From contig CAYPEN010000004.1 in assembly GCA_964409875.1 (NCBI GenBank), positions 107,784-171,783 of the forward strand: DNA of 64,000 nt, read 5' to 3'. Of the stretch, positions 9,386-19,329 are shown piece after piece. The notes beneath the pieces were generated by a model that did not search any database, was not told the DNA's origin, and saw only the letters and a program-made list of their open reading frames with translations. Source of the DNA: an uncultured Gammaproteobacteria bacterium (GTDB lineage Bacteria; Patescibacteriota; Microgenomatia; Levybacterales; GWA1-39-11). The translations under genes and the position numbers were made by a program. Position 1 is the first letter of the stretch; the number at the start of each line of letters is the position of its first letter.

Positions 9386-9607
9386 ATGCGGGAGCCCAGG
9401 TGTATCCGTTATTTTTCAAGCAAGGAACAAGCAATTGCTTCCCGTGATTTATTGTTGCAGGAGGGATATGATGCAAGAGTGGAAGAGCAGAAAATAGGGT
9501 CAGTAACGGTAGATAAAAATGGATATCCTCTAAAGTTTAAACTATATGTTGGGAGAGATGATATACATAAAATTGCAAAGCTTCTGGCAGGAAAACTTAA
9601 GAAGTAA
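9386..9607 (+). CDS. hypothetical small basic protein (73 aa)
   Basis: ATG at 9386 lies 10 nt downstream of a TATAAT (9371-9376); the ORF fills the rmuC-spoU gap. No recognisable domain. Confidence 0.3.
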   Translation: MREPRCIRYFSSKEQAIASRDLLLQEGYDARVEEQKIGSVTVDKNGYPLKFKLYVGRDDIHKIAKLLAGKLKK

Positions 9608-10145
9608 TTTTTTCTATAACTTCATATAGAACAATTCCCAAAGAAACCATAACATTTAATGACTTGTTAATACCAAGCTGCGGGAGTTGGACAATAGTAT
9701 CACACATGTCCAAAACCTCCGTTGAAATTCCATCCGATTCATGACCGACAACAAGAGCAACAGGAAGGGTATAGTCCGCCTTTGTGTAATCAACAGCCCT
9801 CTTATCGAGTTCAACGCCTATTACTTTTAAATTTTTAATCTTTAATTTTAAATTTTTAATAGCGTCAGTTGTGTGTTCAAAATATTCCCACTCGACCCAT
9901 TGCCAGGTTCCAACTGATGCTTTTTGGATTCTGGAGTTGGGGGGTGTTTCAGAACCGCTGCATAAAAGTATTTTTTTTGCACCGACAGCATCTGCAAGCC
10001 TGAAGATGCTTCCTATATTATATGTGTCCAATACATTATCCAAAACAATATATATTTCTTTTCTGGTTTGTTTTATTTTCTCTAATTGCTCTGGAGTTGG
10101 GGTTATAACGCGTAGTTCCTCAGCACCAAGTTTTGTTATATCCAT
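9597..10145 (-). CDS. SpoU/TrmH-family RNA 2'-O-methyltransferase
   Basis: SPOUT motifs VLDNVLDTYNIGSIFRLADAVG, LVVGHESDGIS, NVMVSLGIVLYE. Start placed at internal ATG 10145 (MDITKLG) because the longer ORF would overlap topA. Confidence 0.75.
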   Translation of the reverse strand: MDITKLGAEELRVITPTPEQLEKIKQTRKEIYIVLDNVLDTYNIGSIFRLADAVGAKKILLCSGSETPPNSRIQKASVGTWQWVEWEYFEHTTDAIKNLKLKIKNLKVIGVELDKRAVDYTKADYTLPVALVVGHESDGISTEVLDMCDTIVQLPQLGINKSLNVMVSLGIVLYEVIEKITS

Positions 10146-10149
10146 AAAA

Positions 10150-12171
10150 TTACGCCTGGGCGGGTTTGTATCCTGCAATGTCTTCCTTTTTCCAGACGGC
10201 AAAATCGCAATTGGGATAATTGCTGCATCCATAAAATGGTCGTCCTTTTCTCGTCTTTTTCATAATGATTTTGCCTGCATCTTTAGGACAGGGTATATCA
10301 AGAGTTTCGGTAATTGACTCGGTAAAACGGCAATTGGGGAAATTTTCACATGCCAAAAATTTTCCGTACCTTGATTGACGTATGATAAGCCGCCCATTAT
10401 CTTGAGGGCACAGCCTATCAGAATATTCGACTTCTATTTTTACTCCTTCCGCGTTTTCAGCTTTCTTTAATTGTTGTTCGAAGGGTCCATAAAATTCTTT
10501 TAAAATTTCCTGCCATTTCAACTTTCCTTCAGCCACATTATCTAAATTTTCTTCCATTCGCGCAGTGAAGGGAATGTCATCAATGTTTGCAAAATTTCTT
10601 ACCAAAAATTCCGAAACCGATATTCCAATTTCTGTCGGGGTAAGTCTGCCTTCATTTTTCTCAACATACAATCTGTCATAAAGCGTAGAAATAATTGGTG
10701 CATATGTTGATGGCCTTCCAATTCCGTGTTTTTCCAGGGATGAAACAAGTGAAGCCTCGTTGTATCTGGGGGGAGGGGTTGTCGTGTGTTCTGAGATAGT
10801 AGAATTATTGTATTCCAACGTTTCTCCTTTATCGATTACGGGAAGAATTTGTGTATCCTCTTCTTTTATAGAGTATATTTTTAGAAAGCCTGGGAATTTC
10901 AGAACACTTCCACTTGCCTCGAATGTGTACGTTTTTTCCGTCTTTATTTCACCGATTAATTTTGTAGAACCAAAAATAGCATCACTCATTTGTGTTGCAA
11001 CGGCTCTTCTTAAAATAAGATCATATAAATTTGCGTAGTCATTTCCCAGCTCTTTCTTTATTGCGTCTTTTTTAATATCCAAATTCACCGGACGGATTGC
11101 CTCGTGTGCTTCCTGTGCATTCTTTTGTTTTGTTTTAAAAACTTTTATGTCTTTTGATAAATATTCAGCTCCATATTCCTTTTCTATGTAACTTCTTGAT
11201 GCTTTCAAAAAAACATCCGATAAATTAAAGGAATCTGTCCTGTGATACGTAATATAGCCCTCCTCATACAGTCTTTGGGCAAGAGACATAGTTCTTTTTC
11301 CTGCATATCCAAACCTTCTAAATGCCGCCTGCTGCATGGTGGACGTAGTAAACGGTGGATATGCTGATCGTTTTGTTTCCTTTTGCTGAACGTCAACGAT
11401 GAGTAGTCCCCTTTTTACAATTTCCTTCTGAATAGTATCGGCAAGCTCTTTTGTGAGTTTTGTAAATGTGTATTTGTAAGAACCATCATAGAGAGTTATT
11501 TCTGTTGCTTCTTCTAATTTTTCATCGTCAATTTTGGTAAGTTCAAAATGTATGGTATCCTTTACCCCATTTTTATTAACATCAAGAACCATCCGGTAAA
11601 AAGTTTTTGAATCAAATTTTTCAATTTCTTTTTCCCTCTCAACAATCAGGCGAAGGGCAACTGATTGGACACGTCCTGCTGACAAATGTCTTTTTACTTT
11701 TTTCCATAAAATAGGGGAAAGTTTGTAGCCCACTACTCGGTCAAGCACTCTTCTAGCAGTTTGGGCATTTACCAAATCGATATCAATCTTTCTCTTGTGT
11801 CCCATTGCTTCGTCGATGGCACCTTTTGTGATTTCATGAAAAACGATTCTCTCAAAGTCTGCCTTCTTGTTTATATCTTTCAAAATTTCATGGAGATGAT
11901 AGGAAATCGCCTCTCCTTCCCGATCGGGGTCGGTCGCAAGAATTATAAGTCTTGCTCCTTTAACAGTATCTTTTAGCTGTTTTACTGTCTTTTGCTTATC
12001 GCGGGGTATTATGTACTGGGGTTCAAAATTATTTTCAAGATCAACACCGAGCTTGCTTTTCGGTAAATCACGAATATGGCCCATTGATGCAATAACGTCA
12101 TATTTTCCCGCCAAAAAACGGGTAAGAGTTTTTGCTTTTGTCGGGCTTTCAACAAGAATTACGTCTTTCAT
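10150..12171 (-). CDS. topA: DNA topoisomerase I
   Basis: Toprim N-terminus VILVESPTKAKTL, conserved type IA core, C-terminal zinc ribbons (CPQDNG..CENFPNC..CPKDAG..CSNYPNC). Confidence 0.9.
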   Translation of the reverse strand: MKDVILVESPTKAKTLTRFLAGKYDVIASMGHIRDLPKSKLGVDLENNFEPQYIIPRDKQKTVKQLKDTVKGARLIILATDPDREGEAISYHLHEILKDINKKADFERIVFHEITKGAIDEAMGHKRKIDIDLVNAQTARRVLDRVVGYKLSPILWKKVKRHLSAGRVQSVALRLIVEREKEIEKFDSKTFYRMVLDVNKNGVKDTIHFELTKIDDEKLEEATEITLYDGSYKYTFTKLTKELADTIQKEIVKRGLLIVDVQQKETKRSAYPPFTTSTMQQAAFRRFGYAGKRTMSLAQRLYEEGYITYHRTDSFNLSDVFLKASRSYIEKEYGAEYLSKDIKVFKTKQKNAQEAHEAIRPVNLDIKKDAIKKELGNDYANLYDLILRRAVATQMSDAIFGSTKLIGEIKTEKTYTFEASGSVLKFPGFLKIYSIKEEDTQILPVIDKGETLEYNNSTISEHTTTPPPRYNEASLVSSLEKHGIGRPSTYAPIISTLYDRLYVEKNEGRLTPTEIGISVSEFLVRNFANIDDIPFTARMEENLDNVAEGKLKWQEILKEFYGPFEQQLKKAENAEGVKIEVEYSDRLCPQDNGRLIIRQSRYGKFLACENFPNCRFTESITETLDIPCPKDAGKIIMKKTRKGRPFYGCSNYPNCDFAVWKKEDIAGYKPAQA

Positions 12172-12347
12172 ATTATTTCAAATCACTCAAAACCAGTATA
12201 CAATTTTTAATAAAAGTAAATAAGTCGGGTACTACTCTTTGCTAAGCTAAATTTGCGTGTTCCAAAAAATTCAGCAAGAAAGAGTATATCACAATGGTTT
12301 TGTCATGAAATTGGGAGTATACGAACTTATGAGAAGTTTTGCAAGAG

Positions 12348-13397
12348 TTATGCAAAGTATAGTTCGGGATTTGCCGAAACCTTCTTCCAATCTGCATAGG
12401 CAATGTTCTGAAGTGCATATGCACCAATCATTGCTCCATTGTCTGTTGAATATTTTTTCTCTGGGAAAAGAACTTCCAGGTTATTTTGCTCGGCTTCTTG
12501 TGCAAGTCTTTCGCGAAGCGTTTCATTCGCACTTACCCCGCCTCCGACAAGTATTTGTTTGCAGCCATGTTTTATAGCAGCAACAAGCGTTTTTTTGAGA
12601 AGTACATTAAGAATCGCATTTTGAGTTGCGTAACAAATTTCATTCTTCAATGATTCAGAAAGTTCCGAGTTTTGAACAAAACGCATTACTTCAGTTTTCA
12701 ATCCTGAAAATGAAAAATCAAAATTATCTTCCCGCAGCAATGGGCTTTGGAACTTGATGGCAGTTTTGGTAACTTTTTTAGCACGAGACTCTATCTCAGG
12801 CCCTGCCGGATAAGAAAGATCCAAGAGTCTCCCAATCTTATCCAGTGCTTCTCCTGCAGCATCATCTCTGGTTCCACCAAGCCAGTGAAAATCGCTAATG
12901 CTTTTAAAAAGCAACAAATCAGTATGCCCTCCCGAGACAATAAGACCAATAAAAGGGAATAGTATCTTACTATCCTTCCTATTTATATAGTTTGCAAAAA
13001 TATGCGCTAAAAGATGATTGACGGGAATGAGCGGCTTATCAAAAGCTAATGATAATGTTTTTGCAGTTTCCACCCCAACAAGAAGACTTCCAATAAGGCC
13101 GGGCCCATAAGTCACCGCGATGGCGTCAATATTTTCATAAAGTGTTTTGCGTGCCTTCTCTCGGTTGGCTTTTTCCAAATTCCCTTTTGAGTCGTTCAAT
13201 GCTTCGATTAACACCGGCATGATATAGTTAACTTGCATACGAGCCGCATTCTCCGGAATTATACCTCCTGTTGAAGCGTGAATTGAAAGTGAGGTTGCGG
13301 TTACATTAGATAAAACGGTAGTTATTGTATCTTCTTTTTTTTCTAACACTGCAACGCTTGTTTCGTCGCATGAAGACTCTATCGCAAGAATTTTCAT
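12348..13397 (-). CDS. tsaD: tRNA N6-adenosine threonylcarbamoyltransferase TsaD (Kae1/Gcp)
   Basis: MKILAIESSCDETSVAVL N-terminus and conserved ASKH-fold blocks of Kae1/TsaD. Confidence 0.85.
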   Translation of the reverse strand: MKILAIESSCDETSVAVLEKKEDTITTVLSNVTATSLSIHASTGGIIPENAARMQVNYIMPVLIEALNDSKGNLEKANREKARKTLYENIDAIAVTYGPGLIGSLLVGVETAKTLSLAFDKPLIPVNHLLAHIFANYINRKDSKILFPFIGLIVSGGHTDLLLFKSISDFHWLGGTRDDAAGEALDKIGRLLDLSYPAGPEIESRAKKVTKTAIKFQSPLLREDNFDFSFSGLKTEVMRFVQNSELSESLKNEICYATQNAILNVLLKKTLVAAIKHGCKQILVGGGVSANETLRERLAQEAEQNNLEVLFPEKKYSTDNGAMIGAYALQNIAYADWKKVSANPELYFA

Positions 13398-13411
13398 TAC
13401 AAGAAGGGAAT

Positions 13412-13882
13412 TTATTTAACTCCTTTAAGGGTTACTATATCTCCGTTTTTGAATTTATTTTTGTCAACTTCTCCACCATTTATTTCTAAGACGAAGTTGG
13501 CATCCGCTGTGGGTGTATAGACAGGGAGATTTCCGGTTTTGCCTGCTTGGGGTGGTGCATTTTTTACAATATAAACAATTTTATTGTCATTTATCCAAAT
13601 CATATCCAATGGTATTTGTGTATTTTTCATCCAAAAACTGTATTTCCCCGTATTTGGGAAGATAAAAAGCATTCCGGTATTCTTGTCCAAGGATTTTCTA
13701 TTTGAAAGGCCGATTTGTCTGCTTTTGTCATCATTGGCAATAAGCAGATTGTAGGTGTGGCCGTTGATACTTGCGGTTTTGCTGCCAAAACTTGGAAAGA
13801 AGTTAAATCCTTTAAATTTAGCAAAAGCAAGAATCACCACTACGAGGACGAGTACTCCATATGCAATTAATATTTTTTTCAT
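13412..13882 (-). CDS. DUF192 (COG1430) family protein with signal anchor
   Basis: GMLFIFPNTGKYSFWMKNTQIPLDMIWI matches the DUF192 core. Confidence 0.6.
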   Translation of the reverse strand: MKKILIAYGVLVLVVVILAFAKFKGFNFFPSFGSKTASINGHTYNLLIANDDKSRQIGLSNRKSLDKNTGMLFIFPNTGKYSFWMKNTQIPLDMIWINDNKIVYIVKNAPPQAGKTGNLPVYTPTADANFVLEINGGEVDKNKFKNGDIVTLKGVK

Positions 13883-14337
13883 ACTTTTTTTTCTATTAAG
13901 TCTGTTGAAGAGTGTCTTGTGTCTCTTTTCATCACTTCAACGACTTTTGCAGAGACCATTTTTGCCTGCTCATTTTTAATTGCAATGAGAGGATCTCCGC
14001 TTGTCACTGCAATTATATCAGGCTCAAGCGATTTTACAAGGTTATAGTAATATTCAGACGATGGTGGTGGGCTAAGCAACACGACATAATCCACAAAAGG
14101 GAGATTAGTCAAATTTTGTGCTCGAACATATTGATTGTTCACTGGTCGTTTTTCTCCTTTTAATTGTTTAATTCTTTCATCGCTTTCAAGTAGCACAACC
14201 AGGTTCTTGCCTTGTTTTTTTGAAAGCTCCAAAAATTTGAGATGGGCAGGATGGATGATGTCAAAACAACCTCCTACCAGGACTATCCCTTCAGCTTTGA
14301 AATTTGCTAGTTCATGGTCTGTTATTATCTTTTTCAT
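13879..14337 (-). CDS. cytidylyltransferase-like nucleotidyltransferase (HxGH family, RfaE domain II / TagD-like)
   Basis: GGCFDIIHPAHLKFLE HIGH-type motif and RPV...ER motif; 152 aa. Confidence 0.6.
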   Translation of the reverse strand: MKKIITDHELANFKAEGIVLVGGCFDIIHPAHLKFLELSKKQGKNLVVLLESDERIKQLKGEKRPVNNQYVRAQNLTNLPFVDYVVLLSPPPSSEYYYNLVKSLEPDIIAVTSGDPLIAIKNEQAKMVSAKVVEVMKRDTRHSSTDLIEKKV

Positions 14338-15323
14338 GAATTTTCTATCAGAAAGTCAAGAAGAGCAGGAATTGAGATACCTGCTGCCATTGCTTCTTGT
14401 GGTAGCAGCGAGGTTGCTGTCATACCCGGTAAGGTATTGGTTTCCAAATAGTAAAGTTTGTCATTTTTTATAAGAAAGTCAGAGCGGGAATATGTTTGCA
14501 GTCCTAAATGGGTATGAAGTAAATTCGTGATGTGCGATATTTTGTCCGACATGTTTTTTGATATGGAAACAGGTGGAGTAATTTCTTCTGATCCTCCAAC
14601 TTCATATTTGGAGGCATAATCGAAAAAAACTTGCTTTGGCCGGATTTCGATGGGAGGAATATCTATAAATGTTCCGTTCTTTTTTTGTAGGCATCCACAA
14701 CTTAATTCCAAGGCATTTTCGATGCATTCCTGTATTAAAATTTCTTTCAGGTTAAGCTTTGTTATCGTTGCTTCCAATGCTTTTTTGAAATCGTCTTTAC
14801 TCTTCACGATATAAACACCTACGCTTGAACCTAACGTGTTCGGTTTTAGTATCAAAGGAAAGTGAAGTCCTGACACATCATTTTTTTTTAAATCCTTGAT
14901 AAGTATTGAAGGTGGAATATCTAGCTGCGGGATTTTTGAGGCAATAATTGAAGATCTATATTTATCCATTGCAAGCGCGCTTCCTGAAACACCGCTTCCG
15001 GAGTAAGGGATTGAAAATAATTCCAGAAGTGCTTGCAATTTTCCATCTTCAACAAATTCGCCATGGAGACCCGCAAGGAGAGCAAAATATCCTTCCTTTT
15101 TAAGATTTGTTAAAACATGGGTAAGAGGAGTAGTGGCAGATAGACTGCTTTTCAGAAAGTCTATGTCATCAGACACTATTGCATGTAGTTTTTTTGAAAT
15201 ATAGCAAATAGAAATAGTATATTTCTCTTTATCAAGGTACTTAAATATTGTCCGCGCACTATTGAGGGAAACGTCATGTTCTGATGATGGACCACCGCAA
15301 AAAATTGCTATTTTTTTCTTCAT
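14334..15323 (-). CDS. ddl: D-alanine--D-alanine ligase (ATP-grasp)
   Basis: KIAIFCGGPSSEHDVSLNSA N-terminal domain, ATP-grasp core; 329 aa. Confidence 0.75.
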   Translation of the reverse strand: MKKKIAIFCGGPSSEHDVSLNSARTIFKYLDKEKYTISICYISKKLHAIVSDDIDFLKSSLSATTPLTHVLTNLKKEGYFALLAGLHGEFVEDGKLQALLELFSIPYSGSGVSGSALAMDKYRSSIIASKIPQLDIPPSILIKDLKKNDVSGLHFPLILKPNTLGSSVGVYIVKSKDDFKKALEATITKLNLKEILIQECIENALELSCGCLQKKNGTFIDIPPIEIRPKQVFFDYASKYEVGGSEEITPPVSISKNMSDKISHITNLLHTHLGLQTYSRSDFLIKNDKLYYLETNTLPGMTATSLLPQEAMAAGISIPALLDFLIENS

Positions 15324-15342
15324 ATGCTAACAGTTAGAAATT

Positions 15343-16806
15343 TTAACCCTCTTTTGTTCCGACCATAAAAACTGCCCGCCAAGGTGCATATCGTGAGATG
15401 TACTTTTCGTCTATCATTACCTTTCCTGTTTTATCTTTTACAGTGCGATAGAATACAGCTGTAGATCCTGCAGCGGCAAAATCAATTTGATTAGTCGTGC
15501 CTTTGGGAAGCGTCGGATCGTCTTGATATAATGGGGCGGGAGCAGGTATATATCCGGTAACTTCAGGTTTTGTAACAGAAACCGTTCTCCCATCCTTCTT
15601 TCCGTAGAGTGTGTAGGTAAGTCTTAATTCATTAAGGTCAATTTTTGATTGAATGAGTATGTAGTTTCCCGTATCATTCACAAACTTCAAATCAACCGAT
15701 GGATAAAATACTGTCGCGTCGAGCCCTGGTGGAGAATCCTCTTCGTAATATCCGACACGGTATGCGTGTGCATGCCTTTCTGTAATAGGAAGCCCAGCGT
15801 TAAGAATGGCCCTAAAGAGAGTAGTTGATACCTGACAGACACCTCCACCGTCTCCTAAGACAGTTTTTCCATTTGAGATGACATACGCAGTAGCATATCC
15901 GGTGGCTTTTGAGACATCGCCGAGGTACTTATCGAATGAAAACTCTTCTCCCGGCTTGACAAGAATTCCATTTACGCGTGAAGCTGCAAGGTCTACATTG
16001 TGAACTCTATTGGGAATTGAATGATAAAAGAGTGAAGTTCCGGAGCCGATTTCTTCCACAATTCCAAAGGAATTTGCTTCTTCTGTTGTGATATCCGGTT
16101 TCAAACGGATTGCAGGAACTTCAAATACAAAATTCTTATGGGTTTCGGATTTGACTGAAAGAGCAACAGAGTTTTCCATGAATTGCTGTGCCCTTGCAAT
16201 ATCAAGCTGAGTTCCATCTTCAGATTGTTTGAATGTGGTTACTCTATTATTTTCAATTGAAAATTGGGCATTTACAGGAGCCTTATATGCTTTTTCTTGC
16301 AATGGTTTTATAAGTTCTGCAAATTTGTCTTCGTTGAACGTGTAAGAAGAGTGAAGTGTTATTCCATTTGTGTATGCGTTAAGTGCATTAAAGAGATTGG
16401 TGAAGAGATTGGGAGATTTTCCTATACTTTCCGCTTGCTCGGCGATAAGTTTTGAATCATATCCTATTCCCAGCTGTTTTGCCGAAGCTGTTGCTATAAG
16501 GTCGCCGAAAGTGAAGGTAAAAGTTGTTTTTTCTATCTCTTCGTTCTTATTATTATAGATTGTCTCTATTTGCTCTTTTGTTTTTCCGCTCAAATTCAGT
16601 TTGTCCACATAGACTCCCGGAATAACAGTATACTTATAGGTGTTTTGGAATATGATGATGCAAATGGATGAAATTGTGAGTCCTGCAATGATGAAGCCAA
16701 CTAAAAACCAAAAAGGGCCCCTTGAATAATGATGCGTTTTTTTAGCGATTACTTTCAACCTATGCGCAGAATTTATTTTCTTGCCAATCGTTTTTTTACT
16801 AATCAT
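15343..16806 (-). CDS. VanW-domain protein with N-terminal TM anchor
   Basis: GGGVCQVSTTLFRAILNAGLPITERHAHAY matches the VanW domain core. Confidence 0.65.
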   Translation of the reverse strand: MISKKTIGKKINSAHRLKVIAKKTHHYSRGPFWFLVGFIIAGLTISSICIIIFQNTYKYTVIPGVYVDKLNLSGKTKEQIETIYNNKNEEIEKTTFTFTFGDLIATASAKQLGIGYDSKLIAEQAESIGKSPNLFTNLFNALNAYTNGITLHSSYTFNEDKFAELIKPLQEKAYKAPVNAQFSIENNRVTTFKQSEDGTQLDIARAQQFMENSVALSVKSETHKNFVFEVPAIRLKPDITTEEANSFGIVEEIGSGTSLFYHSIPNRVHNVDLAASRVNGILVKPGEEFSFDKYLGDVSKATGYATAYVISNGKTVLGDGGGVCQVSTTLFRAILNAGLPITERHAHAYRVGYYEEDSPPGLDATVFYPSVDLKFVNDTGNYILIQSKIDLNELRLTYTLYGKKDGRTVSVTKPEVTGYIPAPAPLYQDDPTLPKGTTNQIDFAAAGSTAVFYRTVKDKTGKVMIDEKYISRYAPWRAVFMVGTKEG

Positions 16807-16987
16807 ACAAAATGTTTACGATTTCTCGTATGCTTTGAAATATACGAAGATATTACTATACTATAATTAAGTCGTACTCTATTATACCCAAAATTTTCTA
16901 ATTATGGACCCAGCTCAAAACAATCAACAGGTTGCTCCCGCACCAATAGATCCTCATTACCAAAATGAGCAGCAGGGAGGAAGTTCT

Positions 16988-18292
16988 ATGTTAAAAAAAA
17001 TTGTATTCATTTTTGTTGTTCTGATACTGTTAGTTGTGATAGTGGTAGGCGGAATTCTTCTTGTAGGAAGACTTCAGAGTTCGTCTGCACCCAAAGATGT
17101 AACACTCGTTTATTGGGGGTTATGGGATGACGCAACCATAATGGAGCCTATCATAGCAGATTTTGAGCGCTCCCATCCACATATAAAAATTCAGTATGAA
17201 AAACAAGATATCCGTGGATTGGGTCAGTATGTGGATAGATTGACTACCAGAATAAATAACGGAACCGGTCCAGACATTTACCGCTTCCATAGTAGTTGGA
17301 CATTGCAGCTCAAAAAAAATCTCCTACCATTTCCGCAGTCAGTTGTCACTGAAACAAAGATAGATACCGATTACTACAAAACCGTCCAAAGAGATATGAA
17401 TATAAACGGTGCATACTATGGAATTCCTCTTGGAGTTGATACGATTGCAATGTATGTGAATACAGAAGCTCTCCAGGGGAAAGGATTGCCTATACCGCAG
17501 GATTGGAACGATATTTACGTGAAATATGCTCCGGAACTTGTTGTTAAAGATCAAAGCGGCAAAATTGTCACTCCAAGCATAGGGCTTGGTACATATGACA
17601 ATATTGCCCACGCTTCGGATATTGTTGCATTATTACTGCTTCAGAATGGTGCTGACATAAAAGATCTTGCAGGAACCTCTAGAGGAAGTGCAATTGATGC
17701 ACTGAAATTCTATACGGTGTTTGCAAAGGGGGAAAAAGCTGTTTGGGATCAGACGCTGGATAATTCAACGCTCGCTTTTGCGAAAGGTAATCTCGCAATT
17801 TATTTCGGATACTCTTGGGACATATTTACAATAAAGGGTCTAAATCCGAGTCTTCAGTTCACGGTGGCAAAAGTTCCCACGCTTGCAGGGCGCAATAATA
17901 CGGTTGCCAGTTATTGGTCTGAGGGTGTAAGTAGTAAAACGAAGCATTCAAAGGAAGCTTTTGAATTTATTACCTATTTATCAATGCCGGAAACTCTTCA
18001 AAAACTATACGAGACCCAATCTAAAGTCAGGCTATTTGGGTCGCTATATCCTCGACGTTCTATGGCAGGTCTTTTATCTTCGAATAATTTGGTGTATCCT
18101 TTTGTTGCCCAGGCAGACAATGCCCAGTCTACATTCTTCTCGTCGGATACGTATGATGGAGATAACGGTATGATTTCCCAGATGAACGTTTATATGGGTA
18201 ACGCAGTACGCTCGGTCAACAACAACACGTCAGCCGATACGGCAATAGATACACTTGCAAAAGGAACAGCACAGGTCCTTGCACGATACTAG
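16988..18292 (+). CDS. extracellular solute-binding protein (ABC transporter family 1-like), membrane-anchored
   Basis: GGAGGAAG SD before ATG 16988; TM anchor then SBP-like fold. The longer ORF from 16904 would add a Q/N-rich 28-aa N-terminal tail. Confidence 0.5.
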   Translation: MLKKIVFIFVVLILLVVIVVGGILLVGRLQSSSAPKDVTLVYWGLWDDATIMEPIIADFERSHPHIKIQYEKQDIRGLGQYVDRLTTRINNGTGPDIYRFHSSWTLQLKKNLLPFPQSVVTETKIDTDYYKTVQRDMNINGAYYGIPLGVDTIAMYVNTEALQGKGLPIPQDWNDIYVKYAPELVVKDQSGKIVTPSIGLGTYDNIAHASDIVALLLLQNGADIKDLAGTSRGSAIDALKFYTVFAKGEKAVWDQTLDNSTLAFAKGNLAIYFGYSWDIFTIKGLNPSLQFTVAKVPTLAGRNNTVASYWSEGVSSKTKHSKEAFEFITYLSMPETLQKLYETQSKVRLFGSLYPRRSMAGLLSSNNLVYPFVAQADNAQSTFFSSDTYDGDNGMISQMNVYMGNAVRSVNNNTSADTAIDTLAKGTAQVLARY

Positions 18293-18297
18293 ATACT

Positions 18298-19233
18298 ATG
18301 GATGAATGCATAATAAATACACTTTCATATTTTGACGTATTTGATTATCCACTAACTTTTCCCGAAATAAAAAAATACCTATGTTGCCCTCAGGAGATTT
18401 CAGATAATGAACTATATGACACAATACAAGCAATATCAGTTATTCAGGAGCAGAATGGTTTTTATTACTTTTTGGGAAGAAGTCAGCTGGTGGAGAAAAG
18501 GACCGAGAGAAATGAACGCAGTTTTCAGAAATTCGCAAAGGCTAAAATAATCGGCAAGATATTGTCTGCGATACCAACGATACAATACATCGGCATTAGT
18601 GGTAGTCTATCCATGAATAATGCAAGTGAGAGTGACGATATTGACCTTTTCTTTGTCACCCGTAAGAATACATTGTGGATTACCCGGTTAATGGTCAACG
18701 TGTTGCTATTTGTGATGAGGCAGAAGAGAGGAAGAATGCAAAAGAACGTTAAGGATAAGATTTGTCCGAATATGTTCATGGAGGTAGACAAAATGTCATT
18801 TAAAAAGAAAAAAAGGACGATTTATACTGCCCACGAGCTGGTTCAAATGAAAACCCTTTTTAATAGAAATAATACACACGAATTGCTGATGTCAAAAAAT
18901 AAATGGCTTTATAAGCTTTTGCCCAACATAGAAAGTATTGCAATACGTGAAGTAAAAGAATCATTATCTGCAAATTTATTGCGCTTCCTACTATTCCCTT
19001 TCGAGAAGCTTGCTTATGTTGCTCAGCGATTGTATATGATGAGGCACAGAAGGGATGAGACGATATCTCAAAACTCAGCCTTTTTTCACCCATTTGACAG
19101 ACAATCGATAATTCTTGATATGTATGATATTCGTTATAAAAGGTATATAAAACTATATGAGGAAAACATTTGGGTTGACACAGATGAAGCGCGTTTTTAT
19201 AACGAAGAGAAAAAAATTCGAATTTTGAACTAA
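18298..19233 (+). CDS. Pol-beta-superfamily nucleotidyltransferase-domain protein, function unknown
   Basis: Minimal NTase signature GISGSLSMNNASESDDIDLFFV (G[GS] ... [DE]h[DE]h); 311 aa, no partner domain recognised. Confidence 0.35.
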   Translation: MDECIINTLSYFDVFDYPLTFPEIKKYLCCPQEISDNELYDTIQAISVIQEQNGFYYFLGRSQLVEKRTERNERSFQKFAKAKIIGKILSAIPTIQYIGISGSLSMNNASESDDIDLFFVTRKNTLWITRLMVNVLLFVMRQKRGRMQKNVKDKICPNMFMEVDKMSFKKKKRTIYTAHELVQMKTLFNRNNTHELLMSKNKWLYKLLPNIESIAIREVKESLSANLLRFLLFPFEKLAYVAQRLYMMRHRRDETISQNSAFFHPFDRQSIILDMYDIRYKRYIKLYEENIWVDTDEARFYNEEKKIRILN

Positions 19234-19245
19234 GACTCCAGGATA

Positions 19246-19274
19246 TTGACATAAATTTCTCTTTCTTGTATAGT
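19246..19274 (+). promoter_or_regulatory. sigma70-like promoter TTGACA-17 nt-TATAGT in the greA leader region
   Basis: TTGACA 19246-19251, TATAGT 19269-19274. Confidence 0.55.
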
Positions 19275-19295
19275 ACCCGTACATAAGTTAAATTA

Positions 19296-19329
19296 TCTCC
19301 CACTCGAAGACTTGAGGGGAGTTTTTTTT
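19296..19329 (+). terminator. intrinsic terminator-like hairpin + U8 inside the greA 5' leader (or terminator of the upstream NTase gene)
   Basis: CTCCC(19297-19301)/GGGAG(19317-19321) stem, 15-nt loop, then 8 T (19322-19329), 17 nt before the greA ATG. Confidence 0.5.

Noticed and set aside
9830-9870. Short tandem AT repeats (ttaaatttttaat ...) that might suggest a repeat array
   Set aside because: They are in-frame coding sequence of the SpoU methyltransferase (LKLKIKNLK) and there are no spacer/repeat units; low-complexity only, not CRISPR
12172-12347. topA-tsaD intergenic region and ORFs 12242..12427 / 12257..12577 searched for a tRNA or small gene
   Set aside because: No cloverleaf-like or T-loop (GTTCRANYC) sequence seen; the ORFs overlap tsaD antisense and lack ribosome-binding sites
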